Shown here in pieces: positions 22,061 to 31,340 of a stretch of 38,721 nt of DNA. The notes beneath the pieces were generated by a model. It was not told the origin of the DNA. It made no database searches and worked only from the letters and a program-made list of their open reading frames with translations. The number at the start of each line of letters is the position of its first letter. The first letter of the stretch is position 1. Source of the stretch: an uncultured archaeon (lineage in GTDB: Archaea > Asgardarchaeota > Lokiarchaeia > Sigyniarchaeales > SOKP01); the NCBI GenBank assembly GCA_964632315.1, contig CAZWEM010000048.1, positions 1 to 38,721 of the forward strand. The letters are read 5' to 3'. Position numbers and translations under genes: made by a program.

Positions 22061-24013
22061 TTATAATTCACATATACGATCCTCCATTTTTGGAGTTAGA
22101 TTTATAAGACTCCCAGCCAAAATTGCCTTTATTTGACGTTTACTTAAATCATGTTTAGTTTCATAAGATTGATTCTTGGTTTCGTTAAATACCTTGATAG
22201 TACTACTTTTTTGAATTACATTTTTAATATTTTCAATTTTAATTGTATCTCCTTGAACAATTTTATTCCAATCATCTTTATTTTTAAAAGTAAGAGGAAG
22301 TATACCAAAATTAATTAAATTCTGCCAATGAATTCGAGCGAAACTCCGAGCTACAACTAACCTTAAGCCTATATATCGAGGAGCTAGGCTTGCATGTTCT
22401 CTACTGGATCCTTGACCGTAGTTTTCTCCAGCTATTATTGCAAACCCTTTCTCTTGGAATTTTATGGCTCTATCATAAAAACCATCTTCAACAACCTTAA
22501 ATACGAATTTGCTAATTTCAGGAACGTTACTTCTAAATGGTAATACTTTTGCTCCTGCCGGCATAATCTCATCAGTAGAGATATTATCGCCGACTTTTAA
22601 AACGACGTTAAGACTTAAGGACTCTGGTAATTTTGTAAATTTCGGCAAAGATTTGATGTTTGGACCTTTTCTCAAATCTATTGCCAAGCATTTTCTGGGA
22701 GGAGGTACTAACATAGAAGTGTTGATTATTAATTGTTCCGGCTCTTTAAATATTGGATAATCCATATCTAAAGTACGAGGATCGGTAATGACTCCTGTAA
22801 TCGCTGAGGCTGTGGCTGTTTCAGGGCTGCATAAATACACCATATCGCCTTCAGTTCCAGACCTATCCGGAAAGTTTCTGGGAACCGTTCGTAAGCTTTT
22901 TCCATTAGTAGGAGGAGCCTGTCCCATTCCAATGCAGCCATTACATCCTGCTTCGTGAATTCGGGCGCCTCCTCGAACCAGATAAGTGAAAAGCCCCATC
23001 TCTACGAGATTTTCTAAAATTTGACGTGTAGTAGGATTTACATCATAGGATACCTTTTCTTGAACCTTCCTTTCCTTTAACATCAAAGCACATATTCCAA
23101 AGTCCCTCAAACCAGGATTTGCTGATGAACCTACATAAGATTGAAGTATTTCTTCACCAGCGACATCAGCTACAGGTTTCACTTTACCTGGACTGCTTGG
23201 TAATGCTATTAAAGGTTCAACTTCAGACAAGTCAATTTCCTCATGATAATCATAATCACAATTTTCATCAGCAGAGAGTTGAACATAATCATTAACACGG
23301 CCTTGTGTCGCAAGAAATCTTTCGACTTCTCCATCTGCCGGAAAGACACTACTGGTAGCGCCAAGTTCCGTGCCCATATTACATATTACGTGGCGATCCA
23401 TCGCAGTAAGAGTCTTAACACCAGGGCCATAATATTCAATGATTCTACCAACTCCTCCTTTTACATCATGTCTCTTCAACATTTCTAAAATAACATCTTT
23501 AGCACTAACCCAATCATTCAACTTACCAGTTAATTTAACGCCCCAAACTGCTGGAGATTGAATAAATAAGGGTTTTCCCGCAATTGCTAAGGCAACTTCT
23601 AAGCCTCCCGCTCCAATTGCGAGCATTCCGAGTGAACCCGCTGCGGGAGTATGACTGTCGGAACCAAGTAGGCTTTTTCCGGGAATTCCAAATCTTTCCA
23701 TGTGTATGGGGTGACTTACTCCATTCCCTGGTCGACTAAACCATAATCCGAAGCGCTGGGCTCCTGTATAGAGAAAGAGATGGTCATCAGAATTTTTGAA
23801 ATCTGCTCTAATTAAATTGTGATCAACATATTGAACAGATACCTCAGTTTTGGCTCTATCTAGTTCCATGGCTTCTAATTCAAGCATAACCATCGTTCCC
23901 GTAGCATCTTGTGTTAATGTTTGGTCGATTCTGAGCCCAATTTCTTTTCCAATTTCCATATTTCCCTCAATTAAATGAGATTTAATCAGTTTTTCGGCAA
24001 TATTCAAACCCAC
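22061..24013 (-). CDS. acn: Aconitate hydratase, copy 2 (GSSAN variant)
   Basis: IDQTLTQDATGTM, GSDSHT, CNGCIG and GENYGQGSSREHA. GTG start behind GAGGTGA, 6 nt after the citrate synthase stop. Confidence 0.88.
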   Translation of the reverse strand: MGLNIAEKLIKSHLIEGNMEIGKEIGLRIDQTLTQDATGTMVMLELEAMELDRAKTEVSVQYVDHNLIRADFKNSDDHLFLYTGAQRFGLWFSRPGNGVSHPIHMERFGIPGKSLLGSDSHTPAAGSLGMLAIGAGGLEVALAIAGKPLFIQSPAVWGVKLTGKLNDWVSAKDVILEMLKRHDVKGGVGRIIEYYGPGVKTLTAMDRHVICNMGTELGATSSVFPADGEVERFLATQGRVNDYVQLSADENCDYDYHEEIDLSEVEPLIALPSSPGKVKPVADVAGEEILQSYVGSSANPGLRDFGICALMLKERKVQEKVSYDVNPTTRQILENLVEMGLFTYLVRGGARIHEAGCNGCIGMGQAPPTNGKSLRTVPRNFPDRSGTEGDMVYLCSPETATASAITGVITDPRTLDMDYPIFKEPEQLIINTSMLVPPPRKCLAIDLRKGPNIKSLPKFTKLPESLSLNVVLKVGDNISTDEIMPAGAKVLPFRSNVPEISKFVFKVVEDGFYDRAIKFQEKGFAIIAGENYGQGSSREHASLAPRYIGLRLVVARSFARIHWQNLINFGILPLTFKNKDDWNKIVQGDTIKIENIKNVIQKSSTIKVFNETKNQSYETKHDLSKRQIKAILAGSLINLTPKMEDRICEL

Positions 24014-24019
24014 TTGAGA

Positions 24020-25318
24020 TCACCTCTGAGAGATCGGCACGTATTCTTTGTTAATATCGCCCACATAGCGAAGTCGAGGACGGATTAATTTATTATCAGA
24101 GAGCTGTTCTATCGCATGAGCAACCCAACCAGCACTTCTTGATGCAGCGAATAAAGGCGTAAATAATTTTGTTGGAATTCCCAATGCGTGAAGTAATCCT
24201 GCAGAATAAAGATCAACATTAGGATAAATATTTTTTTCTTCAATCATAAAATCCTTCAGGGTTTCAGTCATTTCATATATATTATCGATTTGCTCATGAT
24301 ATTTCCTATGTTCCATATCAGGAATCTTTTCAAAAGTTTCTCCACTATCAATTTTACCCCAAAATTTCTTAGAAAGCTCTCTTAAAATTTTAGCACGTGG
24401 ATCCCAAACTTTATAGACTCTATGTCCAAAGCCCATTATCAAGTCTTTTTTTTCAAGTTTATTTTTCGCCCAAGGAATCACATTATCCTTCCTTTTAATG
24501 TCATCTAACATTGCCCTAATTACACGTTCATTAGCTCCACCATGTAAAGGACCCCTAAGAGTGCCTATTGCACTTGTAATACCACTATAAATATCAGAAA
24601 GTGTCGAGACTGTGACTCGACAAGAGAATGTAGATGAGTTTATGGAGTGATCGGCATGACAAATGAGAACCTTATCAAAAGCAGAGGTGAATTCCTCATC
24701 TGGTTCATTTCCAGTCATCATGTAATAATAATTTCCAGCATGACATAGGTTTTTTGAGGGCTCAACAAGAGGTAGATTTGATTGAATGCGATGAGAAAAA
24801 GCCAAAATTGTTGGAATTTTTGCGATAATCCTTATTCCTTTTCTGATATTAGCTTCTTCTGAAAAGTCGTAATCATCAGAATCATATAATGATAGTGCTG
24901 AAATTGCAGTACGGAGTAATTCGATTCTAGTGGTTTCACGCGGAAAACTTTTTAAAATTGTTAATATATTGTCGGGGATTTGTCTTTCATTGATTAACTC
25001 ATTCTCTAAATCTCCAAGCTGTTTTTTATTTGGCAACTCTCCATAAATAAGAAGATAGATTACTTCCTCGAATGAGGAATTTTCTACGAGAGTCTTGAGA
25101 GAATACCCCCTATAATATAATTTTCCATGAATTCCATCAATATATGTAATTTTACTCTCATCGACATAGATTCCTACTAAACCTTTATATGTCTTCGAGC
25201 GATCGATATCGCATAACTTTGGTTCTGTTTCTTCTTCATAATCTTCACACGCATATGAGGTAGTTGTCTCACATGGTTCCGATTTCTGATTCACTTTATC
25301 CTCAATCATTAGACTCAA
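24020..25318 (-). CDS. gltA: Citrate synthase (Si-type; 2-methylcitrate synthase not excluded)
   Basis: GKLYYRGY, HADH, GPLHGGANE, MGFGHRVYK-x-x-DPR, YPNVD and LIRPR. Confidence 0.92.
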   Translation of the reverse strand: MSLMIEDKVNQKSEPCETTTSYACEDYEEETEPKLCDIDRSKTYKGLVGIYVDESKITYIDGIHGKLYYRGYSLKTLVENSSFEEVIYLLIYGELPNKKQLGDLENELINERQIPDNILTILKSFPRETTRIELLRTAISALSLYDSDDYDFSEEANIRKGIRIIAKIPTILAFSHRIQSNLPLVEPSKNLCHAGNYYYMMTGNEPDEEFTSAFDKVLICHADHSINSSTFSCRVTVSTLSDIYSGITSAIGTLRGPLHGGANERVIRAMLDDIKRKDNVIPWAKNKLEKKDLIMGFGHRVYKVWDPRAKILRELSKKFWGKIDSGETFEKIPDMEHRKYHEQIDNIYEMTETLKDFMIEEKNIYPNVDLYSAGLLHALGIPTKLFTPLFAASRSAGWVAHAIEQLSDNKLIRPRLRYVGDINKEYVPISQR

Positions 25319-25548
25319 TTTTATTTCATTTGTTCTTAGAGTAGATTAGATTGGTATATAATTCTACTTATTTTAATTCATTAATGTTTGATCTTGAATT
25401 ACTTAGTTAATATTTAAACCTAAGATCTATTTTTTCTAGAGAACAATTTCTTCTTTTTTAGTATAAAGGGCGAAATCTAGTTAGATCAAATAACAAAATT
25501 AATTTAGAAAAAAGGTTTTTCAAACGCAAATAGTTCAATATTAATTAG

Positions 25549-27024
25549 GTGATTGATATAGTAAATGCGATTTTAATTGTAATAGATACTTTAAGACAAG
25601 ATCATGTTGGAGCTTATGGAAATGAGTGGATTAAGACTCCAAATTTGGATCAATTTGCGAAAGAATCTGTAAGATTTACTCGAATGTATCCTGAGTCTTT
25701 GCCTACACTCCCAGCAAGAAAATCTATCTATACAGGAAAACGGATTTTTCCTTTTAATGATGATAAGAAGGGAATCACTAAGACTGGCAAGGGGGATTTT
25801 ATTGCTGACGCTCTTGGGGCCCCTGGATGGAGTTCTATATCCGATTCTCAAGATACGTTGGCTGAAAGATTTAACCGTAAAAAGTATATTTCAGCGTTAT
25901 TTTCAGATGTATATCATCAATTTAAACCCGGTTATAATTTTACTCGTGGTTTTCATCAATGGAAATGGATTAGAGGTCAAGAAGAAGATGCATATCTTTC
26001 AGGACCGCGAATATCTGACGACGTTCTTAATGAATTTCTTACCTCTAAGGGCGACGGAATAACTGCCGGAACTATATTTGCTCAACACATGATGCGACGA
26101 TTCCTTCAAAACGTGCGTTGGTGGCGTTCCGAAGCCGATACTTTCCCAGCTCAGGTATTTCGCTCAGCTGGAGAATGGTTAGATATGAACTATGATTCTT
26201 TAATCAAAGGAAAAGCGTTTATGACCGTGGAATCATTTGATCCGCACGAACCCTGGAACCCACCTCTCCATTATATCCGGTATTACGAAGAGGATCCTGA
26301 TTGGGAAAAGGGATGTCGAAAAATTTCGCATTCTTTGTATGGACCAGCTAGAATCCTTTCGGAAAAAGAGCTTAAAAATTTACGAACAAAATATGCCGGT
26401 GAAGTATCACTTGTAGACACTTGGTTTGGCTATTTCATAGATTATATTAAACGAATTGGCATCTGGGATGATTCCATCATTGTAGTAGTCTCTGATCATG
26501 GCCACATGCTCGGTGAACACGGGCTCGTGGCCAAAGCAGCTAATCCACTTGGAAGGGAAGTAGCTGATCTTGTATGCATGATCAGATTTCCAGGAGGTGA
26601 GGGAAGTGGTAAGACTTGCGATAAATTTTGTTATCACTATGATATTGCTCCGACAATTAGTAAAGCTTGCCGAATTTCTGACACGGGCATGGATGGTAAA
26701 GATTTATTAGAGCTCGTACGAAATGACAAGTTGACATACTATGATCACGTTTCAATCGCGTGGGGTGGTTCCGTAGCAGTATATGATGGAGATTATTGGT
26801 ATAACGGTTATATATGGGACATTGAAGGCGGGAGTCTCTATGATGTCAAAAAAGATCCTAAGTTGAAATGCAATATCATTTCAGAGGCTCCTGAAAAAGC
26901 CAAGGAATTATTAAAACTTGCGTGGAACGATGCTCGAGAACCTATTGATATGGAGTTCATGCGTAAATTCAAGGATGTATTGGGATGTACTCCAGTCACT
27001 ACAACTCTTACCTGCGATGAATAG
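25549..27024 (+). CDS. Sulfatase-like hydrolase (alkaline phosphatase superfamily) with Thr at the nucleophile position
   Basis: IDTLRQDH, KTPNLD, TLPARKSIYTG, FDPHEPW and SDHG. True start may be ATA 25558. Confidence 0.85.
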   Translation: MIDIVNAILIVIDTLRQDHVGAYGNEWIKTPNLDQFAKESVRFTRMYPESLPTLPARKSIYTGKRIFPFNDDKKGITKTGKGDFIADALGAPGWSSISDSQDTLAERFNRKKYISALFSDVYHQFKPGYNFTRGFHQWKWIRGQEEDAYLSGPRISDDVLNEFLTSKGDGITAGTIFAQHMMRRFLQNVRWWRSEADTFPAQVFRSAGEWLDMNYDSLIKGKAFMTVESFDPHEPWNPPLHYIRYYEEDPDWEKGCRKISHSLYGPARILSEKELKNLRTKYAGEVSLVDTWFGYFIDYIKRIGIWDDSIIVVVSDHGHMLGEHGLVAKAANPLGREVADLVCMIRFPGGEGSGKTCDKFCYHYDIAPTISKACRISDTGMDGKDLLELVRNDKLTYYDHVSIAWGGSVAVYDGDYWYNGYIWDIEGGSLYDVKKDPKLKCNIISEAPEKAKELLKLAWNDAREPIDMEFMRKFKDVLGCTPVTTTLTCDE

Positions 27025-27051
27025 CATATTTATAAGAGATAAGGTGTTTTT

Positions 27052-28578
27052 ATGAGCGAAATACTGAATGTTTTGTTCATTATTACCGATCAACAGCGAT
27101 ACGATCATTTAGGTTCCTCTGGAAACCCAGATATTAAGACACCAAATTTAGATCGCCTTGCTGCTGAGAGCATTCGATTTAATAATACCTATGTTGCTAA
27201 TCCAATCTGCATGCCAAATAGGTCTTCCATTTTTACAGGAAAATATCCCAGTATTCATGGGGTTAGATGTAATGGCATTAATTTGGATCCCAAAATACCA
27301 ACATTTACCCAATCCTTAATCCGTAGTGGATATCATACTGGCTCTATTGGAAAAATACATCTTAATTTTTATGGCACCCCCTTCAAAAGAAAATTTGATT
27401 CGGCAGAGCAAATGATACCTTTTATATATATGTCGAAAGAGAAACGAAAACCCATTCCAAAACCTTATTATGGTTTAGAGGAAGTTGAATTAACTATAGG
27501 GCACGGAGATGCTGTTTCAGGTCATTATTTAGATTGGATTGAAGAAAGAGCACCTAAATATCTGGATATTATCAAACACCGGGCACCTAGACTCTTTGAT
27601 AAAGTTTTGGACGAATCAGAAATTTCAGAGGAGATTTATCCAACTCAATACATTACAGAAAGAACAATTGCTTTTCTTAAAAGATTTTCAGAGGGTCAAT
27701 ATGGGAATAATCCTTTTTTCTTGCACTGTTCATTCCCAGATCCGCATGCTCCAGTTTGTCCTCCTAAAAAATACAGAGAGATGTACGATCCAGAAGAAAT
27801 CCAATTACCTCCCTCTTTCAATAACTTTGATCTTTTATATGATCATTCCGCATTAGGAAAATACGCAAATGTTCTAACAAGAACTCACATGCGCAAAACA
27901 AATGAGGAGGAGGCTCGAAAATTTATTGCTTATACTTATGGAGCAATATCTATGATAGATCATGGCGTTGGGAAGATTCTTGCAGCACTAAATTCCTTTG
28001 GATTAGACAAGAATACTATTGTGATTTTCACGAGTGACCATGGCGATTTTATGGCAGATCACGGGATGATATTGAAGGGGTTAGCCCATTTTCAAGGTGT
28101 TCTGAAGGTCCCATTCATTTGGAAAGTCCCAGGAGTGACTATCCCAGGATCAATCACAAATTCTCTAGCAAGTTCGATTGATATTCCCACTACAATTTTA
28201 AGCTTATTAGACATAAAGGATAAATATCGACCAAGAGTCATGCAAGGTCATGATTTAACTCCTATTTTGAAAAATCCCGAGACTAAGATTAGAGATCACT
28301 GCATAATTGAAGAAGATCAAGATTATGAAGATGCAAAAGACTTGTCGAATTTACCGTCAATAAAAGTACGTACCATGATAACAGAGAATTATAGAATTAC
28401 GGTTTATAATAAAGAAAGAGCGGGAGATTTATACGATTTAAAAACGGATTCCAATGAACTTCATAATTTATGGGATGATGAAAATTTTAGGGATGTCAAG
28501 TTTAGTTTATTAAATAAAATGCTCTATGAACTAATCAAGCTACAAGATCGCACACCAAGAAGACAAGCTCGAGCATGA
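27052..28578 (+). CDS. Arylsulfatase/choline-sulfatase-like sulfatase
   Basis: ITDQQRYD, canonical CxPxR motif ICMPNRSSIFTG, GKIH, DPHAP and TSDHGD. Confidence 0.9.
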   Translation: MSEILNVLFIITDQQRYDHLGSSGNPDIKTPNLDRLAAESIRFNNTYVANPICMPNRSSIFTGKYPSIHGVRCNGINLDPKIPTFTQSLIRSGYHTGSIGKIHLNFYGTPFKRKFDSAEQMIPFIYMSKEKRKPIPKPYYGLEEVELTIGHGDAVSGHYLDWIEERAPKYLDIIKHRAPRLFDKVLDESEISEEIYPTQYITERTIAFLKRFSEGQYGNNPFFLHCSFPDPHAPVCPPKKYREMYDPEEIQLPPSFNNFDLLYDHSALGKYANVLTRTHMRKTNEEEARKFIAYTYGAISMIDHGVGKILAALNSFGLDKNTIVIFTSDHGDFMADHGMILKGLAHFQGVLKVPFIWKVPGVTIPGSITNSLASSIDIPTTILSLLDIKDKYRPRVMQGHDLTPILKNPETKIRDHCIIEEDQDYEDAKDLSNLPSIKVRTMITENYRITVYNKERAGDLYDLKTDSNELHNLWDDENFRDVKFSLLNKMLYELIKLQDRTPRRQARA

Positions 28579-28633
28579 GTATTTTTTTTCAAATTATTTA
28601 CAACAGATTTTTGTAATTCAAAAAGCAAACAAT

Positions 28634-29086
28634 TTATATTAATTGAGTATCACATTTTGGACAAATATCAAGTTGTTCTTCTATTTTAGCGCCACAATAT
28701 TGGCAAATCTTAGTAGCTACTTCTTTTTCAGTTGCTTGTATACCCACACTCTGAAGTAATGAAAATAGTTGAAAAAATAATCCATCATACCACGAACGTT
28801 TGAGTTTTTCTACTCTTATTATATTTCTTGAGAGTGGCCTTGCTTGCAACCTAAGGAGAGTCTGCTTACCTTCTATATCATAAAAGGACATCTGGATTCT
28901 TTTCTTCCAATTTGGATCATGTCCCGAATTGGTCATCATTGTGCCTTGTTTAGCCTCAATGAAATTTGGAGGATTAAGCTTCTTGATTTTTGCTTTATGT
29001 GTCCCTTTTAGCCATTGAAGTGATATTTCAAATGCTTTTTGAATATTTATCGGAACAGTTTCTTCATATACTACGTTAACATTCAT
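28634..29086 (-). CDS. Hypothetical protein with C-terminal zinc ribbon
   Basis: 150 aa, ending in CQYCG...CPKC. Confidence 0.75.
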   Translation of the reverse strand: MNVNVVYEETVPINIQKAFEISLQWLKGTHKAKIKKLNPPNFIEAKQGTMMTNSGHDPNWKKRIQMSFYDIEGKQTLLRLQARPLSRNIIRVEKLKRSWYDGLFFQLFSLLQSVGIQATEKEVATKICQYCGAKIEEQLDICPKCDTQLI

Positions 29087-29156
29087 GATAAAGACATTTT
29101 TTTAATATTGGTAACAAAATGAAACCAACGATTATTAATTCTTTTTATTATTAAGA

Positions 29157-29180
29157 ACCAACCTTAAATTATAGGTTGGT
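29157..29180. promoter_or_regulatory. Inverted repeat in the divergent region upstream of sucC
   Basis: ACCAACCT-N8-AGGTTGGT, with perfect 8-bp arms. Confidence 0.45.
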
Positions 29181-29266
29181 ATAATAAGTGATATCAATTT
29201 TAATAAAAAGTATTAAACAATTAGTTAAGCGTTAAGATTATAAAATATACTTAGGAGGGAATTAAG

Positions 29267-30391
29267 ATAAGATTACTTGAATATGAAAGTAAAAAAATAT
29301 TTGCTGATTATACAATTCCATTAGTACCTAATATTGTAATAGAGAAGGACGACGATCTAAAAAAAAAAGTTTCTGGATTTAAATTTCCTGCAATAATTAA
29401 ATCTCAAATTGCTATTGGTAGTAGGAAGAAAGCAGGTTTAATAAAAACAGCCAATTCTCAAAATGAAGCGGTAAAATTATGTAAAGAATTCTTCAATCGT
29501 AAAGTAGCTGGTTATGGAGTTAAGGCGATTTTGATCGAAGAACTTGTCGACATTAAACATGAATATTACGTTTCAGTGGCATTAGATGTATCCGAAAGAA
29601 AGTTCTACCTAATTGCAAGCATAAAAGGTGGGATAGATATTGAAGAAGTTTCCAAAAAAAGCCCTGAAGATATTTTTAAAATTAGTTTTTCCTATTCACA
29701 AGGTTTAACAGATGAAATTGCGCAAGAAATGGCTCATAAATTAGGTTTTAATGATAAATTAGAAGTAAGCACAGTCGAAATACTTAAAAAATTATGGAAG
29801 GTTACGAAAGATCTCGAGGCTCAACTAGTCGAAATAAACCCGCTAATACTTACACCATCAGGATTAATTGCAGTCGACGCTAAAATGATATTAGATGATG
29901 ATTCAGCTTTTAGACAGCCAATTGTTCGTGATTTAAAAATAAAAAAGGAAACCGAATTGGAAAAAATTGCGAACGAAGCAGGATTTTCCTTCGTCGAACT
30001 AGATGGAGACATTGGTATTCTTGCAAACGGAGCAGGTTTAACAATGGCATTATTAGACGTACTTTCTAGTATGGGATTAAAGCCTGCTAATTTTTTAGAT
30101 GTTGGTGGGGGTGCAAGTAAAGAGCGCGTGTATAAAGCTTTAGAGTTACTATTTAAATTAAAACCAAATGGTATTTTAATAAATATATTTGGGGGGATAA
30201 CGAGATGTGATGTCGTAGCTAAAGCAATTATCCAAGCATTAGAAGATTTCAAAAATGCCCCACCAATCATAATAAGATTAACAGGGACGAATGATAAAGA
30301 AGGTATTGAGCTTCTAAAAAATGATGGTATAAATGCATACCAAGAAGTCATGGAAGCTGTAAATAAGTTGAAAGAGGTGTTAAATGAATAA
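29267..30391 (+). CDS. sucC: Succinyl-CoA synthetase beta subunit (non-canonical ATA start)
   Basis: The frame is open 88 codons upstream of the ORF-track start: (I/M)RLLEYESKKIFADYTIP...IKSQIAIGSRKKAG. AGGAGG RBS at 29253-29258. Also shows EINPL, NGAGLTMA, PANFLDVGGG and NIFGGITRCD. Confidence 0.88.
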   Translation: MRLLEYESKKIFADYTIPLVPNIVIEKDDDLKKKVSGFKFPAIIKSQIAIGSRKKAGLIKTANSQNEAVKLCKEFFNRKVAGYGVKAILIEELVDIKHEYYVSVALDVSERKFYLIASIKGGIDIEEVSKKSPEDIFKISFSYSQGLTDEIAQEMAHKLGFNDKLEVSTVEILKKLWKVTKDLEAQLVEINPLILTPSGLIAVDAKMILDDDSAFRQPIVRDLKIKKETELEKIANEAGFSFVELDGDIGILANGAGLTMALLDVLSSMGLKPANFLDVGGGASKERVYKALELLFKLKPNGILINIFGGITRCDVVAKAIIQALEDFKNAPPIIIRLTGTNDKEGIELLKNDGINAYQEVMEAVNKLKEVLNE

Positions 30392-31252
30392 ATGTATATT
30401 AATGAAAACTCCAAAGTGGTAGTCCAAGGAATTACTGGTAAGCAAGGAACGTTTCATACAAAATTAATGCTTGACTATGGCACTAAAATTGTTGCAGGTG
30501 TCACACCCGATAAGGGAGGGTTGGAAGTACATAAAGTGCCTGTGTTTAATACAATGAAAGAAGCTATTAAAGAAACAGACTGTGATACTAGTATTGTTTT
30601 TGTACCTGCAAAATTCACGTATGGAGCTGTCAAGGAAAGTATTTTAGCTGGAATAAATATGACTGTCATTATAACAGAGGATGTACCAGTTTTCGATATG
30701 TTGAGGTTATTTGAACTTTCTAGAAGGAAAAATACTCATCTAATTGGCCCTAATTGTCCTGGAATGATGATTCCAGATAAGATCAAACTTGGAATAATGC
30801 CAGCAGACTTGTGTCATTTTGGAAATGTGGCGATTATTTCAAAGAGTGGTACTTTATCTTACGAAATAACTAAAGCAATAGGAAATGCAGATATCGGAGT
30901 TTCAGCTTATATTGGGATTGGAGGTGATCCAGTCAGAGGAATTACTATGAAAGAAGCTACTCAATATTATGTTGAAGATGAACAAACAAAATTGATAGTT
31001 TTAATCGGAGAAATAGGAAGCGATGAAGAGGAGAAAACTGCGAAATACTTATCAGATCAATCTGATAAACCTGTCGTTGCTTATATTGCAGGAAAGAGTG
31101 CTCCTGAAGGCAAAAGAATGGGACATGCTGGAGCAATTATTTCAGGAGATGTTGGTACAGCTGAAGGAAAGATAAAGGCATTAAAGAATGTTGGAGCGCG
31201 AATAGCATTTACACCATGGGAAGTTCCAAAGTTGATTAAAGAAGTATTATAG
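30392..31252 (+). CDS. sucD: Succinyl-CoA synthetase alpha subunit
   Basis: VVQGITGKQGTFH, IGPNCPG, SKSGTLSYE, IGIGGD, GEIG and phospho-His motif RMGHAGAI. Confidence 0.93.
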   Translation: MYINENSKVVVQGITGKQGTFHTKLMLDYGTKIVAGVTPDKGGLEVHKVPVFNTMKEAIKETDCDTSIVFVPAKFTYGAVKESILAGINMTVIITEDVPVFDMLRLFELSRRKNTHLIGPNCPGMMIPDKIKLGIMPADLCHFGNVAIISKSGTLSYEITKAIGNADIGVSAYIGIGGDPVRGITMKEATQYYVEDEQTKLIVLIGEIGSDEEEKTAKYLSDQSDKPVVAYIAGKSAPEGKRMGHAGAIISGDVGTAEGKIKALKNVGARIAFTPWEVPKLIKEVL

Positions 31253-31340
31253 AGCACATTTTCATTAATACTTTTTTGTCTAATAAATTTAAAAATTATG
31301 TGATATTATATCTTCTAATTTGATTTAATTAGGGATTATT

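Noticed and set aside
23117-23131. Selenocysteine explanation for the missing aconitase cysteine
   Set aside because: The coding-strand codon is TCA (Ser), not TGA. Other TGA codons checked are normal gene ends.
2637-24013. Aconitase pair as an inverted repeat or assembly duplication
   Set aside because: The two proteins differ throughout their length, consistent with old paralogues.
29267-29530. sucC as a truncated or frameshifted pseudogene (poly-A run near 29359-29368)
   Set aside because: The frame is continuous and stop-free from 29267 through the A-run.
29821-30414. 197-aa minus-strand ORF, and the other short ORFs nested inside larger genes
   Set aside because: They overlap well-supported genes and have no recognisable motifs.
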